Of a stretch of 64,000 bases of DNA, positions 48,745 through 61,404 are shown piece by piece (the first letter of the stretch is position 1; each line of letters begins with the position of its first letter). The DNA comes from Mobula hypostoma (lineage: Eukaryota), in the NCBI RefSeq assembly GCF_963921235.1, contig NC_086097.1:93744001-93808000 (forward strand), written 5' to 3'. The translations under genes were made by a program, and so were the position numbers. The notes beneath the pieces were generated by a model that saw only the letters and a program-made list of their open reading frames with translations, ran no database searches and was not told the origin of the DNA.

Positions 48745-49675
48745 TTACCCCTGAACTCTTGGTGACCAGTTGGTGTTCCACCGGGATCTGTTCTGGGATC
48801 CCTGCTCTTTGTGACTTTTATAACTGACTTGGGCGGGGTAATAAGTTTGCAGATGACTGGAAGGTTGGTGGAGTTGCGGACAGTGTAGAAGGTTACAGTG
48901 GGACATCGACAGGGTGCAGAGCGGGGCTGAGAAGTGGCAGATGGAGTTCAAACCTGGAGAAGTGTGAAGTGATTCAGATTGGAAGGTCAAATTTAAAGGC
49001 AGAATGTAGCGTTAATGCCAGGATTCTTAGCAGTGTGGAGGAACAGAAGCATATAGGGTCGACATTCATAGTTGCCACACAAGTTGATAGGATGGTTAGG
49101 AAGGCGTATGGTGTGTTGGTCTTTATTGGCCAGGGGATTGACTTCAAGAGCCATGGGGTAATATTGTAACTATAAAATCCTGGTTAGATCACACTTGGAG
49201 TATTGTGTTAATGGAAGGGTGTGGAAACTTTAGAGAGGATGCAGAGGAGATTCACCAGGACGCTGTCTGGATTACAGAGCATGTCTTAGGTTGAGCTAGT
49301 TAGGGTTTTTCTCTCTGCAGCCAAAAGAGGATGAGAGGTGTGTTGATAGAGGTGTACAAGATTTTGGGAAGCGTAGATCGAGTGGATAGCCAAAGACTCC
49401 CCCCCCCCCCAGTCTGGAAATGGGGGCATAATTTTAAGCTGATTGGAGGATGTCAGGGATAGGATTTTTACAGAGAGAGTGAAACGCCCTGTCAGGGATA
49501 GTGGTAGATGCAGATACATTAGGGACAGTTAGGAAACTCTTAGATTGACTCATGGGTGATGGAAGAATGGAGGGGTGTTTTGGAGGGAAGGGTTAGGTTG
49601 ATCTTAGAATAATTTAAAGGTCGGCATAACAGCATGGGATGAAGGGACCGTACTGTGCTGTAGTGGTCTATGTGT
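48745..49675 (+). mobile_element. CR1 LINE 3' fragment
   Basis: ggatctgttctgggatccctgctcttt, aagtttgcagatgac, gaagtggcagatggagttc and a CR1 tail. Confidence 0.85.
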
Positions 49676-50822
49676 AATGGGATAGCTACAGAGTGACTGA
49701 AGAGTTCTTCCTCTGAACCATACTAGTGAACCAGAAAGGATCTCATAACAATCCAGTGGAGCCAAGGTCGTTGTTAGCCTTGGCTAAGCTGTGAATAATC
49801 ACTGACATGAAGTATTAACTCTCTGAGTATCCATGACATTTCCTGCCACCAATGGTTACTTAACCACCACACCACCACCACTACACCCTTCGATTGACCA
49901 CTGTACAGCTGGTGGCCAATGAATGTTTCTGAGTTTTGATAATTTTTTTTTATCAGATGTAGACATTAAAGTTTCACAGGTCACCCATGACTGGTGGGAC
50001 TACAGGAAGAGGTTCAAAGGATCACATGTGCATATTCCCTTTCTATAAATGCTTCTGAAATGTTTTAAGTGAACAGCCCTGCACATCTTTGGGTTGATCT
50101 AATAAAAGGTGGCATTAATTAGTTAATTTGTTCCCTCTCAGCTCCCAGTAATGGACATAAAAGGTCCCATGGCTCCACTTTGAATAAAAAGGGTTGAGTT
50201 TTCCTCAGTGTTCAACACTGATCTGTCAACCAGCTGCAGCACCGCAGGTTACCACGGTATTATTTCATTGCTTTAAGTGACGTCTTGTTTGGCCACAGTC
50301 CAATGTTTACAGAAGAGATCACATACATTTCCGATTACTTCACTCAAGAAAGGGCTCTGGACATTCCAAATCTTCGCGGTTCAAAATAAAATTTATTAAT
50401 CAGAGTACCACACATCACCATGTACAACCCTGAGATTCTTTTTCCTGCGGGCATGCTCAGTAAATCTATAGAACGGGAACTGTAAACAGGATCGATGAAC
50501 AGCAAGCTGTGCAAATGCAGATACAAATAAACAGCAATAAATAACGAGCATGAAATAACGTAAAATAATAAGATAAAGAGTCCTTAAAGTGAGACTATCA
50601 GTTGTGAGAACAGCAGGAGTAGAATGAGTATAGTTATCCCCTTTTGTTCAAGAGCCTGATGGTTGAGGGATAGTAATTGTTCTTGGACCCGGCGGTGTGA
50701 GTCCTGAGGCTCTTGGACCTTCTACCTGATGGCAGCAGTGAGAAAAGAGCATGGCCTCAGTGATATTCTTCCATATTCTCAGTCTTGCATTTTTGATTTT
50801 CACTTTGAGCACCTTTATGTTG

Positions 50823-51133
50823 TGTGGCATGTGGCCAAGTGGTTAGAGCATTGGGCTCACAATCTGAAGGTAGTGGGTTCGAGTCTCGGCTAAGGCAGCG
50901 TGTTGTGTCTTTGAGCAAGGCACTTAACCACACAATGCTCCAGTCCACCCAGCTGAAAATGGGTACCGGCAAAACTGCTGGGGGTTAACCTTGTGATAGA
51001 CTGGCGTCCAATCCGGGGGCGGAGGAGGGGGAGTCTCGTACTCTCAGTGGCTTCACGCCACAGAAACCGGCATGAGCACCGGCCTGATGGGCCACAAAGG
51101 CTCAGGACAGACTTCAACTTTAACCTTAACCTT
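50823..51133 (+). mobile_element. tRNA-derived SINE (second family)
   Basis: A-box tggccaagtgg, B-box ggttcgagtct, ttgagcaaggcacttaacc core, short tandem tail. Confidence 0.85.
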
Positions 51134-51469
51134 TATGTACACATATCAGACAAGCAGTTATTTGTGGACGTGTATATACTGGAGGTGTTCGTATGTATAC
51201 AGAGAGTCATTTGTAAATTCATAAATCTGAATGCACTTGTAAATTTGCTGATAATTGATGGGTTGAACAGATGTACAGATTTGAACAGATAATTGAACAG
51301 AATTGCATGTACTCGTGCTCATTCAAGTTTGAACACATGTCAACGTTCAGTTGCACTCACTGGCGTATTTATAGATATGAGCACATTTGCAGATATGCAG
51401 AGGCTCTTGGACACGTGCAGATGCTGAACACACTTGTATGCAAGTATGCTTGCACTCAGATTTTAAAAA

Positions 51470-52590
51470 ATCAGATTCAGAATCAAAATCGGGTTTATTA
51501 TCACCGGCTTGTGACGTGAAATTTGTTAACTTAGCAGCAGCAGTTCAATGCAATACATAATCTAGCAGAAAAAATAAATAAATAGATAGATAATAAATAA
51601 ATAAATCAATTACGGTATACGTATATTGAATAGATTTTTTAAAAAACATGCAAAAACAGAAATACAGTATATTTTTTAAAAAGTGAAGTAGTGTCCAAAG
51701 ATTCACCGTTCGTTTAGGTATCGGATGGCAGAGGGGAAGAAGCTGTTCCTGAATCGCTGAGTGTGTGCCTTCAGGTTTCTGTACCTCCTACCTGATGGTA
51801 ACAGTGGGAAAAGGGCATGCCCTGGGTGCTGGAGGTCTTTATTAATGGACGCTGCCTTTCTGAGACACTGCTCCCTAAAGATGTCCTGGGTACTTTGTAG
51901 GCTGGTACCCAAGATGGAGCTGACTAGATTTACAACCTTCTGCAGCTTCTTTCTGTCCTGTGCAGTAGCCCCTCCATACCAGACAGTGATGCAGCCTGTC
52001 AGAATGCTCTCCATGGTACAACTATAGAAGTTTTTGATTGTATTTGTTGACATGCCAAATCTCTTCAAACTCCTAATAAAGAATAGCCACTGTCTTGCCT
52101 TCTTTATCGATATGTTGGAACTGGGTTAGATCCTCAGAGATCTTGACACCCAGGAACTTGAAGCTGCTCACTCTCTCCACTTCTGATCCCTCTATGAGGA
52201 TTGGCATGTGTTCCTTCATCTTACCCTTCCTGAAGTCCACAATCAGCTCTTTCGTCTTACTGACGTTGAGTGCCAGGTTGTTGCTGTGGCACCACTCCAC
52301 TAGTTGGCATATCTCACTCCTGTACGCCCTCTCGTCACCACCTGAGATTCTACCAACAATGGTTGTATTGTCAGCAAATAGATGGTATTTGAGCTATGCC
52401 TAGCCACACAATCGTGTATATAGAGAGTAGGGCAGTGGGCTAAGCACACACCCCTAAGGTGCACCAGTGTTGATCGTCAGCAAGGAGGATATGTTATCAC
52501 CAATACACACAGATTGTGGTCTTCTGGTTAGAAAGTTGAGGATCCAATTGCAGAGGGAGGTACAGAGGCCCAGGTTCTGCAACTTCTCAT
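51470..52590 (-). mobile_element. Rex1/Babar-like LINE fragment
   Basis: WCHSNNLALNVSKTKELIVDFRK, FKFLGV, ESILTGCITVWYG, LLPSGRRYR..FRNSFFPSAIR. Confidence 0.9.
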
Positions 52591-52691
52591 TTTCTTCTTG
52601 TAAATGTGCAGATCTGGACACACTTGGGTGTACAAGTATGCACAGACTGAGGTGTGGAAATGTCCTAAATTTCTTCTTTCCGAAACCCCAG

Positions 52692-52876
52692 GATTTGCTG
52701 AAAATTCTCTACATGGACTCCAACATGTTGGCATTGCTGGATTTGGAGAACAGTTCTGTAGGTGGTTCTGATAAGCAGGATTCCCAAGCTACTGACCTGA
52801 AGACGGGGATCAGGACACTGTGTGTGAGCCCCGATGGACAGCACGTGGCATCTGGTGACCGGGTGGGGACTCTGAG
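52692..52876 (+). CDS. MAPKBP1: MAPKBP1 coding exon (DLLKILYMD...SGDRVGTLR)
   Basis: ccccag acceptor, AG|gtatgt donor, 185 nt, phase 0-2. Confidence 0.95.
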
Positions 52877-53671
52877 GTATGTTACCTTTGGCCAAGGAAG
52901 TAAGCGGTGTACAATATGGAACCAGAGAGATACTCAGACCATGCTGTCTGTGTACTGTACACCTCTCTGTAACTCGGGTGCGTTTGTACTGAAATCGTCT
53001 GGACTTTGAATTTACAGGAATGATCTGCATCCTGTATATTACATGATTTTCTTGATCAGAGGTAATAATTATTATAATTTATATTGTATAATATTTCTAA
53101 GTTTGAAAAACAGAGCAGGTTAGCAGTAATTTGATGGCAGCTGGCACAAGCTTCAAAGTATTTAGTCACAAAAGTGTTAAAGGTTTCATAATTTTTTAAT
53201 CCTAGGAATTATTGAGATTGTTGGGGGGGGTAGTGAGGTGAGTTACATTATCAAAACGCACAGTGATCTCTTAGTTGCATCAGGGTCAGTGGGGTGAATT
53301 TTAAAAGTGTAAAAAAAACACATGGATGTGACTATATTGTATGTATAGTGTGTGCTTTGGGTTGTGGTTAGAATCCATAATCTGCAGCCATCTTTTGTCG
53401 CCATCGGTCCCCTCCCAGTCTCTATCACTGTCTCCACCTGGCTCCATTGACCCAATAACCCCTCCTGACCACTTGTCAGGCCATGCCCTACCCCATCCCC
53501 TTAGCTCTCAGTACTGCCATTGCCCGTCTACGCTCTCAGACCTGAAACATTGACTATCCCCTCATCTTCCACAGCAGCTTCCTGACTTGCTGATTTTCTC
53601 CAGTTTGCTTTTGATTTTAACAAAGTGAGGATGTTAAGAAGGGTTTGAGCATACACCATGATGTCATTTGA

Positions 53672-54252
53672 CCGTAAGATCATAAAACATGGGAGCAGAG
53701 CTAGGCCATTCAGCCCATCGAGTCTACTCTGCCATTCCATCATGGCTGATTTATTATCCCTCTGTATCCCATCCTCCTGCCTTCTCCCCGGAACCTTTGA
53801 AGCCCTGACTAATCAACCTATCAACCTCTGCTTTCAATATACTCAGTGCACCATTGTCCAGGGCAATGAATTCCACAGATTCACTACCTTCTGGCTAAAG
53901 AAATTCCTCTTCATCTATGTTCTAAAAGGATTCTCCTCTATTCTGATGCTATGCCTTCTGGTTCTAGACTCCCCCCAGTCGAGGAAACATCCTCTGTAAC
54001 TCCACTCTATCTAGGTGTTTCAATTTTTGATAGTTTTCAATGAGATCCCCTCTTGTTCTTCTACACTCCAGTGAATACTGGCCCTAAGCCATCAAATGTT
54101 CCTCATATGTTAACCTTTTCATTCCTGGAATCATTCTCCTGAATCTCCTCCGGACCTTCTCCAATGCCAGCACATCTTTTCTTAGATAAGGGGCTCAAAA
54201 CTGCTCACAATACTCCCAAGTGCGGTCTGACCAATGCTTTATAAAGCCTCAT
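53672..54252 (-). mobile_element. CR1 LINE 3' fragment
   Basis: cataaaacatgggagcagagctaggccattcagccc tail and CR1 ORF2 end. Confidence 0.8.
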
Positions 54253-55150
54253 TAATGCTCAGGGGGAAAGACAGCATCCCCTCAGACCCTGAGTTGAAGC
54301 ATCAAAACTCTCGCAGGGATTGAATACGTCAGGGTGCTCAGTAGCCCATGACAACCCTGAAGGAAACTCCCGAATGGCGAGGAAGTAGAAACCAGAGCAT
54401 TGAGGGAGAATCGTTAGGCTGGTCAGAAAAGAACACTATAAAAATACAAAGCAAAATAAAAATTATGAGAAGACTTCAAAAGCCCAAAATCAGAAATACA
54501 GTAAGAGCAGATGATTTGGAAATGCTCAGCAGGTCAGGCAGCATCTGATGAGTTGGAAAATTAATGTCTCAGCTAGATGACTTTCCATCAGGATTGAGGC
54601 CTTAAATGAAAAGGGGATGGACCAATTCCAGATACCCAGTGATATTCCTGATTACTGGATTTTAACTAATTACTTGCAACACTCTTTTCATTCAGCTTTT
54701 TTTCTTGATGTTGCACAGTACAGTAACACAAACTTTCTAACAAACCCATTAGGTTTCAAAGGAACATGGCATACAGAAATAGGAGATCTTCTAGAGAGCA
54801 TGGGAACAGAGCACTGATGAGACAACTGCAAGGGATCGGGATTTTTGAGCAATTAGGTTATTTACTGAAGGGTTACATCAGAATGAAGATGTAACACCAA
54901 AGGAGCCCAAGGCTGAAGTGGAGTCAGAGTGGAATTAGAGAAAGTGCGGAAGGACCTTGAAAGGGCTCAGGATCCATCACAATCTCCATAGAAGTTTTGC
55001 CATGAGTTGTCAGTGGTCAGGCAGACAGCCAAAATTGGGGAGTGGTTGACTGACATGTTTACCTTGATTGTCAACATCCAGTCATCCATCCATTCATGGT
55101 GGTGCGGTTTGGGATTGATTGACCTACTGGTGTTGCCTTGTGTCTGACAG

Positions 55151-55242
55151 GATCCATGATCTCCAGCTGCTCAGAGAGCTCCTTCAGGTTGAGGCCCACG
55201 ACTCCGAGATCCTGTGCCTCGAGTATTCCAAGCCAGAAACCG
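55151..55242 (+). CDS. MAPKBP1: MAPKBP1 coding exon (IHDLQLL...[17 protein letters not shown])
   Basis: tgacag acceptor, G|gtgaga donor, 92 nt, phase 2-1. Confidence 0.95.
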
Positions 55243-55479
55243 GTGAGAACCTTTTGAGGGCTCCATGTTGTCTCACCGTCCGTGCTCATTCAGCTTGCGG
55301 CGAGGCTGATGGCTTCCTGTGCTCAGCAAATGTGAGATCATTTGAAAAGTGCTGCCAGACATCTAACTCAAAGCTGTCCCTCTCTTCCTTCACCCCTTGT
55401 ATTTCAGTGGGCACGGTCTGTGAGCAGTGTCCAGGTCTCCCCATAACCTCCTACCCTTCATCAGCATCTCCCTCGTTAG

Positions 55480-55915
55480 TTCAAAGTTCATTTATGTCAC
55501 CATATACAACCCTGAGGTTCATTTTCCTGCACGCATACTCAAAACATCCTTAATTGAATAATAACCATAATAGAATCAATGAAGAACTGCACTAACTTGG
55601 GCGTTCGCCAGTGTGTAAAACACAACAAGTTGTACAACTACAAAAAGAAAGAAGTAATAATAATAATAAATAAATATGCAAGGAATATCAAGAACATGAG
55701 ATGAAGAGTTGTTGAAAATGAGCCCATCATTTGTGGGAACATTTCAATGATGGGGCAAGTGAAGTTATCCACTGATGGTTGAGGGGTAATGACTGTCCCT
55801 GAACCTGGTGGTATGAGCCCTGAGGCTCCTGGACCTTCTTCCTGATGGCAGCAATGAGGAGGGATGCGCGGTGGGGGTGCCTGATGATGCATGCTGCTTT
55901 CCTGCGACAATGCGT
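55480..55915 (-). mobile_element. Rex1-like 3' fragment
   Basis: Similar to 50380-50760, 25205-25470 and 15285-15470 (gttcaaagt..tttat..catatacaaccctgag). Confidence 0.7.
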
Positions 55916-56169
55916 CCTTGGGGCGACAAGTCCTGGTTCAGCTTTGGATTTTGGTACTTCCCTGGTTGGAGTTGATGTACATCTGGCAGCCAGAACCCAA
56001 AGAACTGGAATTGTCTCCCTAAATGTCAACATCACTCCTCCTTTCACTTCTAGAAGACTCGCTTGTTGGTTTTCAATCACCTTGCGTAATATTATTTTAT
56101 TGGCTGTCCTTTGATTTTTGTTTGGTAACTCTCCAATGAACTACCTTGCAATGAAAAAGGATCCATTTC

Positions 56170-57255
56170 TTTCCTGGTATATATGACAAATAAACTCTTC
56201 TCGGGCTTCCAGCCAGGTTCAGTTATCGATTATAGCCAAGGTTTTGATGACAGACTTCACCATCTGCATCAGGGATGATGCCTGGACATGTCTAGTCCGG
56301 TGGTATTTATACCCCTGTCATCCGTTCCTTCTGATTGGTTAGTTCTCATCCAGTCAGGTTTCCGCTGTCTCACCTTGTTTACAATCAAATTCCACTTCTT
56401 ACCTAGAGCAAGACCTTTATCTTTGCTCAAATTCTTTTCTTCTTCTAGTTTTATTTCAACGACTTCCTTCACCAGGTGGCCCCAAAAGCCATTGGTGCGG
56501 TGCAGTAGTTTTGTACCGTCAAAGTCAATCCTAGGGCATTGCGAATGCAATGTTCTGCTACCGCCGATTTCTCCAGGTAACCCAAACGGATACACCTCCT
56601 GTGCTCCTTGAAGTTCGTTTCCACCGTGCATTTCATCTGGCCAATATATGCTGCTTCGCATTCACAGGGGATCCTGTAAACGCCAGCCGTCCTGACTCCC
56701 GGGTCGTTTTTGACCCACGTAAGCTGCGACTTGAGCTTTCTTACAGGTTTCTGGACCTGGAGAGTCTCCCCGAGGAAATAAGACGATTATGCACGATGTT
56801 CCTACAGAATGGCCACAAGGTGAAGGAAATCAATGGGCCAATGAAAAAAACAGGAACACTAACAACAAGGAGGAACTCATCGCTACCACCTGTCTTCCCT
56901 ATATTCCACAGTTCCTGGAAGGATTGCCAGGATCCTGAAGAAATGCCGGATTAATACCATTCACAAACCTGTAAGGAAGCTCAAATCACAGCTTATGCGG
57001 GTCAACTATCCACAAAACAAGGCTCAAAGCAAAGACAAAAGTCTTGCTCTAAGTAAGAACTGGAATTCGATTGTAAACAAGGTGGGACGGCAGAAACCTG
57101 ATTGGATGAGGACTAACCAATCAGGAGGGACGGACGATGGGGATATAAGTACCACCGGACTAGACATGCCCAGGCATTATCCCTGATTTTGTCTTCGAAA
57201 CTTCAGTTAAAGTTGATACCTGTACCCGGCTGGAAGCCTGAGAAGAGTTTATTCA
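56170..57255. mobile_element. PLE family 2, inverted pair with outward-facing pLTRs
   Basis: Inverted repeat of about 230 bp (56188-56420 vs about 57030-57253); GIY-YIG remnant on - strand and upstream-region remnant on + strand. Confidence 0.85.
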
Positions 57256-58020
57256 TTATCTTGTAAGGTGTTAAACCATCGTCATGCTTCTGCCAACTTT
57301 CAGATCAATGCTATTAATCCACTCCCCATTCCTTTATTTTTTCCCTGTAACTCATTCCCTCTTGCAATCCCATCAACTCTACCTGATCCTCCTGCCTCAT
57401 TCCTACATAAGGGGTATCTTGCAGTTGATAATTGACTGTTGTCCATGGATAAGGGTGGTGTAACTGCTACCTCACAGCCCCAGTGATGCAGGTTCAACCC
57501 AATGGGTTTCAAAAGAGTCCGGGGAACAGGCATTTCCAATCATCATACTAATCCTCCTCATCGGCCGTCCTCCTTCAGACCTACACACTAGGGACAACTT
57601 ACAGTGTGCAGTTAACCTACTGATCTGCACACTGCTGGGAGGTGGGAGAAAACCAGAGTACCCGGGGAAAGCCATAGGGAGAATGAGCTCTGGGACCATC
57701 GGGCACCGCAGGGGATTAGTGTCATCATTGATAGAGATGGAAACATTTTAGTTCAATGTCACTTGTCTAGTAGTTGTGTTAGTCACTGGTTTTGTATATA
57801 TTGCAGCACTGAATTCGTAATAAGGATATTTTGTTTTAAAAAAAAGGAGAATGTGCGAGTTCCAGGATTGACCTGGATCTCTGAGACAGCAGCTCTATTC
57901 GCCGTGTCCCTTCACCACATTGGAGATTGGCTCTGTTGGGCGTGTTCCCCACCCAGGCCCCTACCATTCCTGTCATCTGTACCTGATCATGCTTTCGCCT
58001 CTTTCCTTGTCCACCGGCAG

Positions 58021-58146
58021 GCATGAAATTGCTGGCATCTGCCAGCCGGGATCGACTGATCCACGTCCTGGATGCGGAAAATGACTACACCTTGCTGCAG
58101 ACCTTGGACGAACATTCCTCCTCCATCACGGCGGTCAAGTTTACAG
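58021..58146 (+). CDS. MAPKBP1: MAPKBP1 coding exon ([15 protein letters not shown]...ITAVKFT)
   Basis: cggcag acceptor, G|gtaccc donor, 126 nt, phase 1-1. Confidence 0.95.
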
Positions 58147-59154
58147 GTACCCGTGTGTGTTCACACTCTTCTTGCTTGGTGTCTGGTGGTGCCTCGCCTT
58201 TCGTCCCACTTCTTCCCAGACTAGTAACTAAGATGCCCCAGCAGAACGGTGGGATTTGATTGCAGAAATGCAGGCAAGGTCAGTGCAGGGTTCCACAGAG
58301 ATCAACTTGGCTAATGGTGAGTGGGGCAAAGCACAAACTAATAGAAGGCCTGCTCCCTCAGGTGGAAGGGTGACATTGTTTGGGATTTAGTTAGCAGCAG
58401 TGTTCAACTCTAATGCTTAACGTCTAAGGTCCCTGCCTGGAAACTAGTTCTTGCTGCCAAGGAAGAAAGCGATACTGCAGGCTTACCAGTTGATAAGGAG
58501 CTGCAGGGTTGTCAACTGGCATTAGAGGTGCACGTTATGAGGGAAGGGTGGGGAAATCCAGGAGTCAAAGTTAGTTCTGGTTTGCATGTGCTCAATGGAC
58601 ACTGTAGTAGCCTAAACACCTTTGATCCCGTAGGCTCATAGAGTAACACAGCACAGTACAGGCCTCTTGTCCTATTGAGCCCATGGCAACAATCATGCCA
58701 CCCAACAAGTCCCAATTACCTGTGTTTGGCCCATATCCCTCTAAACCCTACTCCTCCATGTACCTATCCACGTGTTTCTTAAATGTACCTGCCTCAGCCA
58801 CTTTCCCTGGCACCATCTTTTGATATCCAGTCCCACTGAATTAGCGGAAGCGAATTTCAGAGGCTTGATGTATACGTAGCAAAGTTATGGTCATACCCCG
58901 GTATCTCACTGAGAGGTAGGACTTCTGCAGGCAGGGCTGGCAGTGGGGGTGGGGGGGGTGCAAGAACCAAGCGATCAAAGCTGTGATGGAAGCACGTACA
59001 GCGTTTTAACATGTACACCAGCAGCACGCGGTGCAGCTCCTAGACCCGCGATCAACCCTGGGTTGAACTTGCGCGTTCTCCCGGTGACTCCCTGGACTTC
59101 CAATTTCCTCCCACATCCCAAAGGTGTGCTGGCTGCCAGGTTAATTGGCCTCTA

Positions 59155-59400
59155 TAAATTGTCCATAATGTGTAGGTAAGAGGTTGAATCCTGGTGGGGG
59201 GAGTGGGGGAGGTGTTGATGGGAAATTGTCCATAATGTGCAGGTGAGTGGTTGACCCCTGGGGGGAGTGGAGTGGGGGAGGTGTTGATGGGAAATTGTCC
59301 GTAATGTGTAGGTGAGAGGTTGAATCCTGGTGGGGGGAGTGGGGGAAGTGTTGATGGGAAATTGTCTGGAATGTGTGGGTGAGTGGTTGAATCCCATTGT
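59155..59400 (+). repeat. G-rich ~65-bp tandem repeat expanded inside a SINE
   Basis: About 3.5 copies of aaattgtccataatgtgtagg...gggggaggtgttgatggg. Confidence 0.85.
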
Positions 59401-59764
59401 TGGGGGAGGGAATGATGGGAATGGTGAGAGACTGAAACGAGATTGATGTAGAATTACTATAAATGGGTATTTGGTGGCTGGTGCAGATTCCGTAGGCCAA
59501 GGAGCCAATTTCAGTGCTTTTTGACTGACTTCCTACATTCAGCTGAACTAGTCAGAATCATATTGTTATTTAATGTTCTTTATCAATGTCACTCGAGGGA
59601 ATTTAACGGAGACTTCATCTTGTTCAGCTTCAGTCCTGTCCACATGTTGGCTCCCACCTTGATTTGACAGACTTATTTTCAAATCTCTCAAAGGCCCTTC
59701 CTATTTCTAAAACTTCTTTCCCCAGTAAAATTGAGTTTATGGGAATGTTCAGTGAGACCCATTG

Positions 59765-60000
59765 GAAAATGTCAGCAGGTCGGGAAGCATCTGTGGAAAG
59801 GAAAACAGTTAATGTTTCCAGTCAAAGACCTTTCATCAGGTATTCTTACTCTGACTTCCAGTCCTGATGAAGGGTCTCGGCCCAAAGTGTTGACTGTTTA
59901 TTCTTTTCCCTAGATACTGCCTGGCCTGCTGAGTTCCTCCAGCATTTTGTGTGCGTTGCTTGGATTTCCAGCATCTGCAGATTTTCTCTTGTTTGTGCTT
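59765..60000. mobile_element. Two divergent PLE pLTR tails with decayed hammerheads
   Basis: - strand cctgatgaaaggtctttgactggaaacatt (about 59806-59840); + strand agtcctgatgaagggtctcggcccaaagtgttgact (59860-59895). Confidence 0.78.
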
Positions 60001-60294
60001 CGTCAGATATGAACTCTTTTTTTCTCTTTCCACATTTCTGCCTGACCTGCTGAACACCTCTGGCCTTTTCTGCTTCTTATTTCAGACTTACAGCAGTTTG
60101 ATTTTCTTTAAGACCAGTCATTTGTTTGGGGTTAAGTGAGAAATTGTCCCAAAGTAGATGGTTTTAAGAAGTCTGAAATGACGTGTCTGCATTTTGTTGG
60201 AGTCTCTCTTCCGCTTCTGTGAAACTGGGAACACGGGTCCCAGCCAATCGCAGGTTACCATGGTAATCCAGTCACCTTCTGTTCTTCTTCGCAG

Positions 60295-60365
60295 CTAATG
60301 GAGGAAGTGTCAGGATGATCACCTGTGGTGCAGACAAGAGCATTTACTTCCGGACCGCACAGCAG
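60295..60365 (+). CDS. MAPKBP1: MAPKBP1 coding exon ([23 protein letters not shown])
   Basis: ttcgcag acceptor, CAG|gtaata donor, 71 nt, phase 1-0. Translated by hand. Confidence 0.93.
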
Positions 60366-60846
60366 GTAATAGACAGGCCATGCGTTTGTACGAATACATA
60401 GTTAGTTACAGGCTGGAGCTCCATCCATGGGCTCAATGTTTGTAAAATAATCAATACCCAGGGCGCCAGGGAAAGTCTGGGATCTAATTCAGTTTCAATA
60501 TATGTAAAATAATTAGAGTTGCAAATTAAATCTAATCTAGAAAATATGGAATTACCAATAGGCTGAGAGTGACTTACAGATTGGAGTCTGGCCCCGAAGT
60601 TAAATATACACAATATACACACTATAATAATACATAGGATTTAGTCAGAGGCTGGAATCCATTCACCATGTTCAGTATAATCAGAACCCTCCCCGGCAGT
60701 GAGTTAAAGACTGGACTTTACTCAAGGGGAGTTCAGTTTGTTCATCTATCAGGTGCCAGAGTGAACTGTCTGTTGGAACCCAGCACAGAGGGTTGTGATG
60801 GTGGAAGGGCTGATAGGTATTGGTGTTCTGACATATTTCCAGAGTA

Positions 60847-60912
60847 CAGTACTGTGCAAAACTCTTAGGCACATAAATATTACCAGGGTGCCCAAGACTT
60901 TCACTCAGTACA
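60847..60912. mobile_element. ~65-bp Tc1/mariner-type mini MITE (other copies at ~11337-11401 and ~61296-61361)
   Basis: cagtactgtgcaaaactcttaggcac...gtgcccaagactt..cagtac hairpin. Confidence 0.7.
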
Positions 60913-61404
60913 GTACTTGTCAGTGTGAGTTTATCAATCTGCTGGGCACAGAAGATGTTGGGAAGGGTGAGGGGGGACCACTGCAGGAGGGGAGTGAGAC
61001 AGGTAGCAGAGACCAAATGCCTCCCGGTGGGGGAGTTGGGGATGGGGGGTGGTGGTGCAGTTGCAGTCACTCAGAACCCCGGCACACCAGGCAATGTCAT
61101 TCGATTCTAAACAATTAGTTTACTCATCGCTACAGAATGTCTCTTTGTTGCTTCCCACTCCCTTCCATTTCACTTCCCCTTTTCACAACCTTGATTCCCC
61201 TCTCCCTGGCCCCTTGTCACTCTCAGTCCACATCTGAGACCCATGAAATTTGGTTTAATTGCTGTAGCAGTACAGTGAAATACATAAAATTACTGCAGTA
61301 CTATGCGTAAGTCTCAGCACCCAAGCTACATATATGGGCCTCAGACTTTAACACAGTACTGGAGGTAAGGAGGAGCTTTAACCTGTATAAATAATAAATA
61401 ATAA

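Noticed and set aside
50823-50895. tRNA-like sequence (also ~61640-61710 and ~40240-40300)
   Set aside because: These are SINE heads continuing into SINE core and tail, not tRNA genes
58023-58259. ATG-initiated 78-aa ORF as a separate gene
   Set aside because: It is an internal Met of a MAPKBP1 exon read through into the intron
29821-60365. Calling the gene WDR62
   Set aside because: The peptides ([23 protein letters not shown], microexon position) fit recalled MAPKBP1 better. A phylogeny would confirm this.
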